From: a virus
Virus record (IMG/VR): IMGVR_UViG_3300044498_000050
Reading direction: 5' to 3' (one strand)
Length of the DNA: 42,729 nucleotides
The notes beneath the pieces are model-generated. The model was given only the letters and a program-made list of their open reading frames with translations, was not told where the DNA came from and did not search any database. Shown piece by piece: positions 18,316 to 27,358 of the stretch. The position numbers were made by a program, and so were the translations under genes. Positions within the stretch are counted from its first letter, which is position 1. Every line of letters starts with the position of its first letter.

Positions 18316-19734
18316 CTACAAGCTGTTGAAGTCAACCTCACCACCACCACCGTCAGTGGCACGCCGACCGCCACCCTTGCCACCCGCAGGCTCCTTGTAA
18401 CCTGGCGGTGCCCAGTAGCCCGACTGGTACTTCTGCGTCATGTGCTTCAGCGATTGCAGCGCAGACTGCCGTTCTCCCACGGTCTTCCTGGGGTTCGCGA
18501 CATCGGCCGCAGCCTGCTGGTACAACTCCCGGTCCTTGTCGGACTGCGGGCCTTCCATGCGCGGCTGCATCATCGTCAGCTTCGCGGCGATAGGCTCCAG
18601 CGCGCCGATGGCCTTGGCACCGCCCGTGGCGTAGCCGACATAGCGGGCAGCCCTGTCGATGTCCGCGCCAAGGCCGCTGCCGGTGGCGTTCTTCAGGTGC
18701 AACTCCGCTTCCCCAATTATGTTGAGCATGTCCGTGGGCGAAGCCTCCGAGACACCCTTGCCACCCTTGCCCTTGCCGCCGCCGCCAGCGCGCTCGGCAC
18801 GCCCGCCCTCCATCATCTCCGCGATGAACCGCTGAGAAGCCAGGGCCTCCCTGCGCAGCGCTGCATCGGCGTCGAGCTTCTCCTTCTGCAGGCGAGCGCG
18901 CTCCGCCGCCGACGCGGCCAGTTCCTGCGCCCGCTCGATGGACTTCACGCGCATGTCGGCGCGCTTGAGCTTCAGTTCCTGCTGGTAGGCGGGATCCTCG
19001 ATGAAGCCTGTCTCGGTCATGGTGCCGCCGGCCATCTTCAGCGGGTCGCGCGCCGCAGCGGCCTGCTTCAGGTGCTGGGCCTGGAACGGCTGCAAGCCGG
19101 CTTCGCCGGCCATCAACGCCAGGGCAAGCTGCCGTTGGCCGCCCAGGGCCTGCTTCTTGTACCCCTCCTCGGCAGCCGTCCGGTCGGGCGGAGTCAGCAG
19201 CGCCTCCTGCTCGGCCAGGGCAGCCTTGTGCTTGGCTTCCAGATCGTCCACGGGTGCTGCAGCGGCAGCCCCAGCGGGGGCAGCCCCGCCAGCGGCCGTA
19301 GCGGCCCCGCCAGCGGCCGTAGCGGCCCTGCCGGCCCCTCCACCCGCGCCCGTGGCCCTCGGAAGCGCCTTGCCCTTGCCAGCGGCCGCCGTGGGGGCCG
19401 CCGCTGTCTCGGGTGCCGGGATGTCCCCGAACGGCCGCGTGTCCTGCTCGATCACGGGGATCGGGATGTCGGGTACCGGCGGCATGGTCCGCTCCTGGCG
19501 ACCAGACGATGGGTAGATGCCGAAGGCGGCGCCCCCAGGTCCGGTGATGCCAGGGCGCTGCTCCGGTGGTTCAGGCGGGCCGAACTGCTGCGGTCCAGCG
19601 ATGTCACCCAGGGTCGGTTGTGGTGGCCCCGCTTGCTGCGGCGCACCACGCAGGAGATCCTGGTACGCCTCGCGTTGCTTACGCTGGCGCTCCTCCTGCG
19701 TAGGCTGGCCGAACACGTAGTCGAACAGGGCCAT
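18316..19734 (-). CDS. Ala/Pro-rich internal virion-type protein (472 aa)
   Basis: Tightly packed in the virion operon. Contains long poly-Ala/Gly tracts and coiled-coil-like segments. Confidence 0.5.
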   Translation of the reverse strand: MALFDYVFGQPTQEERQRKQREAYQDLLRGAPQQAGPPQPTLGDIAGPQQFGPPEPPEQRPGITGPGGAAFGIYPSSGRQERTMPPVPDIPIPVIEQDTRPFGDIPAPETAAAPTAAAGKGKALPRATGAGGGAGRAATAAGGAATAAGGAAPAGAAAAAPVDDLEAKHKAALAEQEALLTPPDRTAAEEGYKKQALGGQRQLALALMAGEAGLQPFQAQHLKQAAAARDPLKMAGGTMTETGFIEDPAYQQELKLKRADMRVKSIERAQELAASAAERARLQKEKLDADAALRREALASQRFIAEMMEGGRAERAGGGGKGKGGKGVSEASPTDMLNIIGEAELHLKNATGSGLGADIDRAARYVGYATGGAKAIGALEPIAAKLTMMQPRMEGPQSDKDRELYQQAAADVANPRKTVGERQSALQSLKHMTQKYQSGYWAPPGYKEPAGGKGGGRRATDGGGGEVDFNSL

Positions 19735-19740
19735 GGTGCG

Positions 19741-20397
19741 TTACCCCCCGAAGCCGAGACCCGAGCGAAGCCTGTCGAGAATGCCCGGACCCGGCTCGTT
19801 GACCGTCGTCGGTGCGTTGGGCAGACCCTTGAACCCCTGGGCCTCGCGGAAGCCACCAAAGGCTTTAGCACGCTCGCCGGCCAAGTCGGCCTCGGCCTTG
19901 TCGGCCCCGGCGCCCTGGTACGCAGCGCCACCAGCATGCGCCAGCGACGACAGGAACTCCATCGGGTGAGCGGCTTGGTTCCCGCGCATCCCAGGCATGC
20001 GAGCACCGCCACGCAACTGCTCGGCCAGGGCGCGCTGCTTGGTGGCCGCCTGCTGCTGCGGCTGTAGCGCACCCAGGCGGCTGTACAGGTCCATGAGCAT
20101 CTGGTCCTGGCCCCCAGGTGCCGGCGTCTGCGGCGTCGTCGGCGCGCCGGCTATCCCGGGCGCATTCGGGTCGATGCCAGGGGGCATGGCCCCCGGAGGA
20201 GGCGGCATGCCCCCAGGCGGTGCCGTCGGCGCTCCCATGGTCCCGGGCGGAGGTTGCTGCGGCCCCACCGGAGGCAGCCCCATGTCCGGGTTGATGCCGG
20301 CCCCGGGCATGCCGCCTGGAGCGGCCATCGGATCCGGCTGCGGGCCACCGAACTGACCGCCTTGGCGAAGCGCCTTCATGTAGTCAACTGCGGGCAT
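19741..20397 (-). CDS. Pro/Gly/Met-rich virion-associated protein (218 aa)
   Basis: The ATG directly abuts the upstream TAA. The N-terminal 100 aa are PGM-rich (GGMPPPPGAMPPGIDP). Confidence 0.5.
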   Translation of the reverse strand: MPAVDYMKALRQGGQFGGPQPDPMAAPGGMPGAGINPDMGLPPVGPQQPPPGTMGAPTAPPGGMPPPPGAMPPGIDPNAPGIAGAPTTPQTPAPGGQDQMLMDLYSRLGALQPQQQAATKQRALAEQLRGGARMPGMRGNQAAHPMEFLSSLAHAGGAAYQGAGADKAEADLAGERAKAFGGFREAQGFKGLPNAPTTVNEPGPGILDRLRSGLGFGG

Positions 20398-21075
20398 TTA
20401 AGCCTCCATCTCTGTCTCAACATCATCCCGCCACCGGGCTAAGAGACCGTTTACACGCTTGTGCTGTGCGAACGGCAGATTGGTGATGCGCTGGTGGTTG
20501 TCCTGAAGATACGCCGTGCAGTCCCAGCAGTCACGGGAGGTGGCTTCGTTCTGGTCATAGCCCGGGGGCATCAACTCCGGGGCCTGCTCCTCGACGTACT
20601 GGAAGACCCGCTGCCGGGTCCAGTCAGCCAGGGGGAAGCGAAGCTCGACACCCCTATCGACATGGCCGTCCAGCACCGGGGCACGCAGCCGATCCTCGTG
20701 GCGCTGCCCACGGTAGATGACGGTCGCGCCTAGCTCGCGGCTGGCCTGATCGAGCGGTTCCCAGAAGCCCCGGTTGCAGCAGGAGTAGGCATCCTGGTAG
20801 CGCACGTCCTTCTTGCCCCGCGCCAGTTGGCCCACGGCCGTCCAGCGAAGCGGCACCACGTCCACCGGATGACCGTACTCGCTGATGCGTCGGTACGAAT
20901 GCCGGGTGACGTAATGCAGAGAAGGGAACGCCGCATGGATCTTCTCCAGATAGTCCAGCGTGCTGCTGTAGACCCCATCTGTCACAACCGTCAGGACGGT
21001 CAGGTCGTCCATGTCGCGCAGCAGGAGCAGGCACGCCAGGGAGTCTATGCCGCCAGAGAACTGGAGGATCTTCAT
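20398..21075 (-). CDS. PP-loop ATP pyrophosphatase, PAPS-reductase-like family
   Basis: Canonical SGGIDS at residues 7-12. Layout is PAPS-reductase-like: (VIYRGQRHEDR ... FPLADWTRQRVFQYVEE ... PPGYDQ). Cys pairs SCC and CWDC are present. No gaps to either flanking virion gene. Confidence 0.7.
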   Translation of the reverse strand: MKILQFSGGIDSLACLLLLRDMDDLTVLTVVTDGVYSSTLDYLEKIHAAFPSLHYVTRHSYRRISEYGHPVDVVPLRWTAVGQLARGKKDVRYQDAYSCCNRGFWEPLDQASRELGATVIYRGQRHEDRLRAPVLDGHVDRGVELRFPLADWTRQRVFQYVEEQAPELMPPGYDQNEATSRDCWDCTAYLQDNHQRITNLPFAQHKRVNGLLARWRDDVETEMEA

Positions 21076-21077
21076 GA

Positions 21078-22118
21078 TCAGAACGCCATGATCCCGGCGG
21101 AAGCGATCCCGCCCAGCCCAGACATCAGGCCCTGCTTGCTGGCCGCCTTGGCGGCAGCAGCGTCCTGCTGCGCCTGATAGACATCCTTGGCGGCGCCCGT
21201 GTAGTCCACCCCGCCGACCGAGGCGCTCTTGGCGAAGTCGGGGGTCTCAAGCTGCCCGACCTGGGTGCCGGTCATGAGGGCGTTGTACTCGTTCAGACCC
21301 CGGCTGCGCTCACGCTCGGCTTCCGCCATCTGCTGCTGGCGCACCTGATTCTGGTACCCGGAGGTCTGCGCCTGCTGGCCGTACTTCTGAGCCTGGGCCT
21401 GATTCTGGAACTGGCCGCTGCCCAGCAGTTCCTGCCAGCCTTGCTGGCGACCCTGCATGCCCATGTTGAACTGGCGCTCCATCTCCTGGCCGCCGGTCTG
21501 CATGGCATCGAAGCGCGCACGGGACTGCTGGTCCTGCAAGCGCTGAAGCTCACGGTTGAACTGCGGCGTGCCCCGGGTCAGGCCCATGTTCTGCAGCTTG
21601 GTCTCCAGGCCCTGCTGCATCTGCTCGTGCTCGGGGCGCATGCGCTCCATCAGCATGCTCTCGATGCGCTGGCGCTCGGCGGCATCGGCCTGGGGCATCG
21701 CCCCGAGGCTCGCCATGTCCAGGCCAGCCATCATCCCTGCGCCGGCTTCGGGCGAGGCACCCAGCGCTTGCATGCCGCTGGTGTCGAACTGCTGGCCGAA
21801 GGATGTGCCGATACGCCCGAGTTGCTCCTGCGCGATGTTGGCCTTGGCGAGGTCGCCCGACTGCTGGGCGTCGAGCGTCGCCTGGGCCGCAGGATCCAGT
21901 TGCTGGGTCTGCGTCCACTTGGTCATCGGCTTGCCGGTAGCCGGATCGATCTGGGACGTGGACGCCCAAGACTCCGTGCCCCACGGCGTGACCACGTCAG
22001 GCCGGTTGGCCCAGTCCGCCTGGGTCTGCGCGTACTGGTTGCTCGCCTGCGTGGCCTCGGCCTGCGCCTTGAAGTCAGGCGGCGGCGGTGCCGGTGCGGA
22101 TTTACTGAGCCATCCCAT
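21078..22118 (-). CDS. Gln-rich internal virion / ejection-type protein (346 aa)
   Basis: Q/A/M-rich repeats and a C-terminal hydrophobic GGIASAGIMAF. GGAGA RBS lies inside the upstream gene. Confidence 0.5.
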   Translation of the reverse strand: MGWLSKSAPAPPPPDFKAQAEATQASNQYAQTQADWANRPDVVTPWGTESWASTSQIDPATGKPMTKWTQTQQLDPAAQATLDAQQSGDLAKANIAQEQLGRIGTSFGQQFDTSGMQALGASPEAGAGMMAGLDMASLGAMPQADAAERQRIESMLMERMRPEHEQMQQGLETKLQNMGLTRGTPQFNRELQRLQDQQSRARFDAMQTGGQEMERQFNMGMQGRQQGWQELLGSGQFQNQAQAQKYGQQAQTSGYQNQVRQQQMAEAERERSRGLNEYNALMTGTQVGQLETPDFAKSASVGGVDYTGAAKDVYQAQQDAAAAKAASKQGLMSGLGGIASAGIMAF

Positions 22119-22563
22119 GCTTGTCTCCTAGATGCTCACGCATGTACTTCGCCAGTGTGTCCTCGGGCGCCAGCGAACGGAAGTACTCGACTGCCGTCAT
22201 GTGCTTGTGAGGCGCGACCAGCAACACCACGGTGGTGAACACGTCGTAGGCAGAGCAGCGCAGGAAGTACGCCTGCTCCACCAGATCGCGCTTGCCGGAC
22301 TTCTCGAACTTGTTGGCCGTCAACCAGGAAGCCACGGCCTGCTGAACCGCCGGCCGCAGCGCCACGGCATGCCGCTGGAAGAAGGGATCGTCGGCGGCGC
22401 CGAACAGCGCCCACAGCATGGCCTTGTTGATGGCCTCGTCGTCCGGTGGCTTGTCCCGGTCGATGATGTCGTCCCAGGCCTCCATGAAGCCCCAGAAGGC
22501 TTCGATGAAGTCCGCCGCCCCCTTGTCACCAGCGGTCAGATCGAGCAACGTTGCACGTATCAC
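22102..22563 (-). CDS. hypothetical all-alpha protein (153 aa), GTG start
   Basis: GTG at 22563 overlaps the upstream TGA (GTGA) and follows GGAGG. The longer track ORF would overlap the upstream gene by 160 nt. Confidence 0.5.
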   Translation of the reverse strand: MIRATLLDLTAGDKGAADFIEAFWGFMEAWDDIIDRDKPPDDEAINKAMLWALFGAADDPFFQRHAVALRPAVQQAVASWLTANKFEKSGKRDLVEQAYFLRCSAYDVFTTVVLLVAPHKHMTAVEYFRSLAPEDTLAKYMREHLGDKHGMAQ

Positions 22564-24221
22564 AGGATGCCTCCACCTTCGACTACGGCCTGCCAGCCAA
22601 CGAAGATAGTATCGGCTGCCCCACGCACACGCATCGACAGCGACCCGTACCGGCCAGTGCCCACGGCCCCGACCCAGGCTTCGTAGGACGAAGTGGTCCC
22701 AGCCCACTTCGCCACGTCCCACAGGCCGATGTCCCAGAAGGAGTCAGCCTGGGGCAGGAAGGGCGGCGAGACGTTGGGCGGCTGGAGATTCCACTCCGCG
22801 TTCAAACGAGCGATCACGCCCGGTGCGGTGTTGGCGATGAAGCTCGGCTTGACCATCAGGAAGCGCTTGACGAACGTGCCCTCGCCAAGAGTCTGGAAGG
22901 AGGTGACCACCGATCCCTGCAGATCCTTGCCAGGGACATCGTCCACCTCGCCGTCCGACTCCCCTTCGAACAGGAGCCAGACGTTGCCCGCGTAGTCGCC
23001 CCCATAACTGCGGCCGTTGAACGTATCGACGGTGTTCATCGGGTAGCCACGCAGCATGCAGAAGGCCTTGTTATTGACTTCGAACGCCCACTGGATGTCG
23101 ATAACGCCGCGAAGCTCGGGCACCTTGATGACCAGCAACTGCTCGTGCGGGAGGAACTTCACCTCCCAGTAGAAGTCGCTGATGGTCTCGGCTACCTGGG
23201 CCGCCACTTCGGAATTGATCCGCGCTGCAGCCTGGGCATGCGTGTAGAAGCCTTCGCCCCGCATCAACTCGGTCATGAACGACAGGCCACGCTCGCTGAT
23301 GATCGCAATGTCGGCGTTGTACTGGGTGAAGAACCGGTGCCCGACCGGCACGCGCCCGATGTACCAGCGGCCCTGCAGGGCGAAGCCCGCATTCTCCAAA
23401 CCCTCCATCCCGGTGCCGTACACCAGCACGTCACCCTCGGTGCTGATGATCACCAGCTTGTTGTCCATGCCGCCGCCGGTTGCCCCGAGGCCGCCGGCAG
23501 CGCTGCCGTCGAAGGTCCAGTTGATGACGGCAGCAATGGACCCGCCATTGGGGAACAGCGACCCTACGTCGAACTCCTCCATGTTCCCGGCGATGACTCC
23601 CGTCGGCAGCGCCCACATGACGTTGGTGCCTGTCTGTGTAAACACCAACTGCGTCTTGAAGACCGTGACGAAGTTGAACGTCGTCGGGTCCACGTTGGAT
23701 ATCTGGCCGGTGCCCGACCCCATGGTGTGCTGAAGCCAAGCCACACCGTCATATGTCCAGTAGCCACCCCCAGGATTCACGGCCACCAGGAAGTGCTGGC
23801 CCGCGTTGGTGGTGTAGTTCAGCGATGTCCACTCCCCAGGCCGGATGGTGCTGGGCACGTTGATCAGCGTCGTCGGCACAACGCTGGAAGCGCGCTCCAT
23901 CGTCACGTCGTAGATGTTGCCGACCGAGTTGGCCGCGAAGTGCTTGGGAGACTCGGATGGCGACCGGTACGTCATCAGCGACCGGATCTCGCTGCCCATG
24001 TTGCTGACCCAGCGACGATAGCCTTTGCGCAGCATGCACCCCAGGTCGCGGGGGATCAGGTTGTTCAGCACGATGGCCGTCTGCGGGTTGCCCCCCGGCA
24101 GGGGCGACGAGGAATCGAGGCCAGCGATAGGCGAAGGGAACGCGTAAGCCTGATGCGACTGAGTCGCAAAGGAGCGCCTGGGGATGTACTTGCGCGGATG
24201 GGGCAGGGGGGTGAGTGCCAT
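22560..24221 (-). CDS. large tail/nozzle-type structural protein (553 aa)
   Basis: Start MALTPLPHP at 24221 overlaps the upstream TAA by 1 nt. Position after an adaptor-like gene, size and beta-rich composition suggest a structural role. No enzymatic motif seen. Confidence 0.5.
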   Translation of the reverse strand: MALTPLPHPRKYIPRRSFATQSHQAYAFPSPIAGLDSSSPLPGGNPQTAIVLNNLIPRDLGCMLRKGYRRWVSNMGSEIRSLMTYRSPSESPKHFAANSVGNIYDVTMERASSVVPTTLINVPSTIRPGEWTSLNYTTNAGQHFLVAVNPGGGYWTYDGVAWLQHTMGSGTGQISNVDPTTFNFVTVFKTQLVFTQTGTNVMWALPTGVIAGNMEEFDVGSLFPNGGSIAAVINWTFDGSAAGGLGATGGGMDNKLVIISTEGDVLVYGTGMEGLENAGFALQGRWYIGRVPVGHRFFTQYNADIAIISERGLSFMTELMRGEGFYTHAQAAARINSEVAAQVAETISDFYWEVKFLPHEQLLVIKVPELRGVIDIQWAFEVNNKAFCMLRGYPMNTVDTFNGRSYGGDYAGNVWLLFEGESDGEVDDVPGKDLQGSVVTSFQTLGEGTFVKRFLMVKPSFIANTAPGVIARLNAEWNLQPPNVSPPFLPQADSFWDIGLWDVAKWAGTTSSYEAWVGAVGTGRYGSLSMRVRGAADTIFVGWQAVVEGGGIL

Positions 24222-24442
24222 TACCGCACCGTGTCGTAGGGCCGTTGCTGGGACCACGCCTCGGCCATGGAATGCGCCTGGGCCTCGCAGTCCTCCAGCG
24301 CGCCGCTGGAGCAGACATAGTCCCCGCGCTGGTCGGTGCAGATGAACGTCCTGCGCCGGAATGCAGGCAACCGATTGTTGGGGTCTGGAACGTCTTCCAG
24401 AAGCTCGGTGATGGCCCAGCCAGGGGGGAGGTTCACGGCCAT
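24221..24442 (-). CDS. hypothetical protein (73 aa)
   Basis: Track ORF, packed between structural genes. Confidence 0.45.
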   Translation of the reverse strand: MAVNLPPGWAITELLEDVPDPNNRLPAFRRRTFICTDQRGDYVCSSGALEDCEAQAHSMAEAWSQQRPYDTVR

Positions 24443-24456
24443 TGCGTCACCAGTGA

Positions 24457-25230
24457 TCAGTGCTGGCGCATGCCGTACAGGCTTGCGTCAGGGAGGTTGC
24501 CGATGCCGATGTACGGGTAGTCGTGGCAAGGCCCAGCCATGTTCAGGATGTTGGCGCCCTTCTGCGCGCCGACCCTGGAGTCGAAGGCCAGCAGGAAGTC
24601 GCGCACCGCAGCGCTGGAGTCGAAGCCCTTGGCTTCAAGCCACTTGACCCGGGTGATCAGCGTCATCAGCACGCCGTCAAGCTGGAACGTGTCGCCGTCC
24701 TTGTCAGCCACGTTCTTGAACAGGGTCGGGTCATCGGCGTCCCTGACCAGGGCGCGCGACAGGTACATGAACTTGAACTTCTGCCCCGGGGCCGGCGGCG
24801 CGTTCAGGAACCACAGTTGGTTCTGGCGTACCTGCCACGTCAGCGTGAAGTTCGCGCTGATCGGGAAGGTCATGTAGGTCATCCAACCCTGAGGCGAGAC
24901 AGGCCCCACGGCAGGGAAGCGCATCGCACCGTTCCACTGGGTCTGGTCGATGAACCGGTAGAAGTCCTCAGGCAGCGGGAAGGCAGTCTCGACGGCTTCG
25001 TCGGTGGTTGGCACCGTCGAGAACACGTCTATCTCGCCCATCTTCGTGAGCATGCCCCACTCGTAGGCATTGAGCAGTTCCAGGGCGGCGAGATTCGCCA
25101 CCGTCTTCATCAACTGGATGTTGGGGTCGGGGCTGGACGCTGGGGCTGCGGGGATCGGCAACGACAGAAGTGAAGCGCATGTCTGGATGACCGACGCCAG
25201 CGATTGCTCGTTCGTCATCTGGTAGGGCAT
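24457..25230 (-). CDS. head-tail adaptor / tail tubular-type structural protein (257 aa)
   Basis: GGGAGAAG RBS. The assignment rests on position in the head-to-tail part of the operon only. Confidence 0.45.
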   Translation of the reverse strand: MPYQMTNEQSLASVIQTCASLLSLPIPAAPASSPDPNIQLMKTVANLAALELLNAYEWGMLTKMGEIDVFSTVPTTDEAVETAFPLPEDFYRFIDQTQWNGAMRFPAVGPVSPQGWMTYMTFPISANFTLTWQVRQNQLWFLNAPPAPGQKFKFMYLSRALVRDADDPTLFKNVADKDGDTFQLDGVLMTLITRVKWLEAKGFDSSAAVRDFLLAFDSRVGAQKGANILNMAGPCHDYPYIGIGNLPDASLYGMRQH

Positions 25231-25242
25231 GCGCTTCTCCCT

Positions 25243-25884
25243 TTACTTGCGGCCTTGCGGCAGTTGCGAGGGCGGGGTGACCTTGGCCGCCTGCTCCAGG
25301 GCCTGTGCAGCCTGCAGCTTGCGGTTCTCGGCTTCCAAGGCCTCGATCCTGGCAAGCAGGGCGTCGTTGCCCTTGGTCTTCTCGATGAAGCGCTTGGCCG
25401 CCGCCTTCAACTCGTGCGCACCCATGAAGTTCATGCCGCTGTCGGCAAGGTCGGCAAGCTGCTCGACAGTGCGGATCTTGAAGTGCAGTAACTCCTCGAC
25501 CTGGGACTCGGTCAGGAACGGCGCCACCTTCAGCGGCGTGCCGATGATCTGCTCCTTCTCGCCGGCCAGGAACTGCTGCCAGTGCTGCGGGAAGCGCTTG
25601 ATGTGCTGATCCCACACGGGCTCGCGGATGATCACGTTCTTCTCCCCGGGCATCATCATCTCAACGTACGGCACGTCCTTGTAGACTGGGCGTTGCTGCC
25701 TGTCGGACTCCGCCTGATCGATGCGCGGCTTCATGAAGAACTTCACGTGCAGCCTGTCGTCCCCGGGACCGGGCCACGCCATCTGCCCCGGGCTGCGGGC
25801 CGTCAGGCCGTTGTCGAACTTGGTCCAGTCGGTCGGACCAGAACTGGCTTGCAGGGCTTCAACCTGCGCTGCGTCGAGTGCCAT
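25243..25884 (-). CDS. hypothetical virion-module protein (213 aa) with C-terminal coiled coil
   Basis: Start MALDAAQ at 25884 after AAGGA. C-terminus ALLARIEALEAENRKLQAAQALEQAAK. Confidence 0.5.
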   Translation of the reverse strand: MALDAAQVEALQASSGPTDWTKFDNGLTARSPGQMAWPGPGDDRLHVKFFMKPRIDQAESDRQQRPVYKDVPYVEMMMPGEKNVIIREPVWDQHIKRFPQHWQQFLAGEKEQIIGTPLKVAPFLTESQVEELLHFKIRTVEQLADLADSGMNFMGAHELKAAAKRFIEKTKGNDALLARIEALEAENRKLQAAQALEQAAKVTPPSQLPQGRK

Positions 25885-25966
25885 TTGGGTTGTCCTTATG
25901 CGTGTAAACAAGCGACGCCGGGAGTAGAGCATGGCCGTGGGCGCCGCACGGCCATGCCCAGGATCG

Positions 25967-26410
25967 CTAGTTCCGCGTCCTCGGCGTTGCCACAGGCGGA
26001 GCGGGTTGCTGGAACAGCAGCGGCCCGAGCACCACCCAGCGATAGCCGACCTTCGGGATCCACACCAGCGCCAGCACGTTCTCGTTGTTGCCTATCGCAG
26101 GGGGCAGCGGCGGATACACCGATCCCGGCGGGAGCGTGATTGGAGGTTCACCCGGAGCGGGCTTATGGATCGGAACCCCAGGCCAGACAGAAGGTGGCAG
26201 ACCGACAGATGGATACGGCGGCGGCGCGGCGGGAAGCTGGACGGGATGCTCGGGCGTTCCAACGTTGCCTCCATCGGGTAGACCGTTCTCCGGGTACGGA
26301 GGGTTGCCATCTGGGCGGGGCCAGCGGCGACCGCTGTCGCTCCCCGGCAGACTGTTGTCCACCGACGCGCCCTCGATGGGGGTGATGACTACAAGCTTTG
26401 AATCAGCCAC
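25967..26410 (-). CDS. Pro-rich hypothetical protein (147 aa), GTG start
   Basis: GTG at 26410 lies 7 nt after AGGAG. The central part is about 40% Pro (PAAPPPYPSVGLPPSVWPGVPIHKPAPGEPP). Confidence 0.45.
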   Translation of the reverse strand: MADSKLVVITPIEGASVDNSLPGSDSGRRWPRPDGNPPYPENGLPDGGNVGTPEHPVQLPAAPPPYPSVGLPPSVWPGVPIHKPAPGEPPITLPPGSVYPPLPPAIGNNENVLALVWIPKVGYRWVVLGPLLFQQPAPPVATPRTRN

Positions 26411-26431
26411 GTTTAACTCCTAGGTTGAACA

Positions 26432-26590
26432 CTACTTCTTCCCCCGCAGCAGCTTCACCGTGGCCTTGCTCTTGTCGGCCGCATTGAACTCTTTAGCCAC
26501 GGAAGTTGGAACCCCAGCCTTCTTGGCGAAGGCCGGGTTGTGGGCGGCGGCTGCCATCAGCCGCCGTTGTGCCGGCGACTTGCTTGGCAT
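26432..26590 (-). CDS. small basic protein (52 aa), DUF3008-like
   Basis: Hand-translated as MPSKSPAQRRLMAAAAHNPAFAKKAGVPTSVAKEFNAADKSKATVKLLRGKK. The MP.KS.AQ.R.M..A.H pattern is one I recall from small phage/bacterial proteins. It is below the track cutoff. Confidence 0.5.
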   Translation of the reverse strand: MPSKSPAQRRLMAAAAHNPAFAKKAGVPTSVAKEFNAADKSKATVKLLRGKK

Positions 26591-26592
26591 GG

Positions 26593-27300
26593 CTACCGGG
26601 CCCGCAGCCGCGCAGGCGGCTCGATCTCGCCCTCGGTCTCCGGACCAACCCGCAGGATGGCCGGCGGCTCGGGCTCGGGCGGCGGCGGCTGCGGCCCCAT
26701 GGCCGGCGTCGCGCTGGCCGCCGATGCCAGTCCGAGAGTGGACTGGCCGGTGACCAGGGACACGCCCGAGCGGTTGACCCAGCCAGTCTCGACCACGGCA
26801 CCGTTCGCCACACCGGCAGCGGCCGTGACGATCTTGCCCAGGAAGCCAGTGAAGGCCGGTCCTGCGCCAGCGTCGCGGCTGCCACCATTGCCAGCGCCGC
26901 CGATGCCGAAGCCTGCGGTGTAGACCAGCGGCGTGCCATCCGGGTTGCTGCGCCCGCCTCCGATGTACATGAGGGTGCTGTTGGCCGACGCCGTGCCATC
27001 GGGCTTCGTGACGCCCAGGGTGTAGTCATCGGTGAAGCCGGCAGCCACGATGCTGGCCGGTGCCGTCAGGCCGATGGTGAGGTTGGCGCCGAACCCGATG
27101 CCGGTGGACAGGCCGCCAGTCGAGGCATTGCCGCTGGCCGGGTAGCCAGGGGTGCCTGGGCTGCCGCTGTTGGGCACCTGCACGTCGCGGTCGAAGGGCG
27201 AACCCTTGGGACCGGACAGGAGATCGAAGAGGACGGCTTGGCCCGCGCTCGGGTTGGCGAGACTCTGGGCGAGGGTGCTGCCTGGGAGGGATGCGGGCAT
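26593..27300 (-). CDS. Gly-rich capsid-associated protein (possible decoration/cement protein), 235 aa
   Basis: Immediately downstream of the capsid gene, with an AAGGAG RBS. G/A/T-rich beta-type composition and a Pro/Glu-rich tail. Confidence 0.45.
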   Translation of the reverse strand: MPASLPGSTLAQSLANPSAGQAVLFDLLSGPKGSPFDRDVQVPNSGSPGTPGYPASGNASTGGLSTGIGFGANLTIGLTAPASIVAAGFTDDYTLGVTKPDGTASANSTLMYIGGGRSNPDGTPLVYTAGFGIGGAGNGGSRDAGAGPAFTGFLGKIVTAAAGVANGAVVETGWVNRSGVSLVTGQSTLGLASAASATPAMGPQPPPPEPEPPAILRVGPETEGEIEPPARLRAR

Positions 27301-27358
27301 GTGGTGCTCCTTGTAGAGGGTGGCCCAGTCGGGGAGGCTTCCCCGCTGGGCCTCGTGC

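Noticed and set aside
20398-21075. Calling the PP-loop enzyme QueC and inferring a 7-deazaguanine DNA modification pathway.
   Set aside because: The overall block order fits PAPS-reductase-type proteins better than QueC. I recognise no FolE, QueD, QueE or clear DpdA/TGT-like gene. A generic PP-loop call is all the sequence supports.
22102-22563. The WDDIIDRD segment (DDxxD) in the 153-aa protein as a prenyl/terpene or phytoene synthase motif.
   Set aside because: The protein is about half the length of such enzymes, there is no second Asp-rich motif, and the gene sits inside a virion operon. A single DDxxD can arise by chance.
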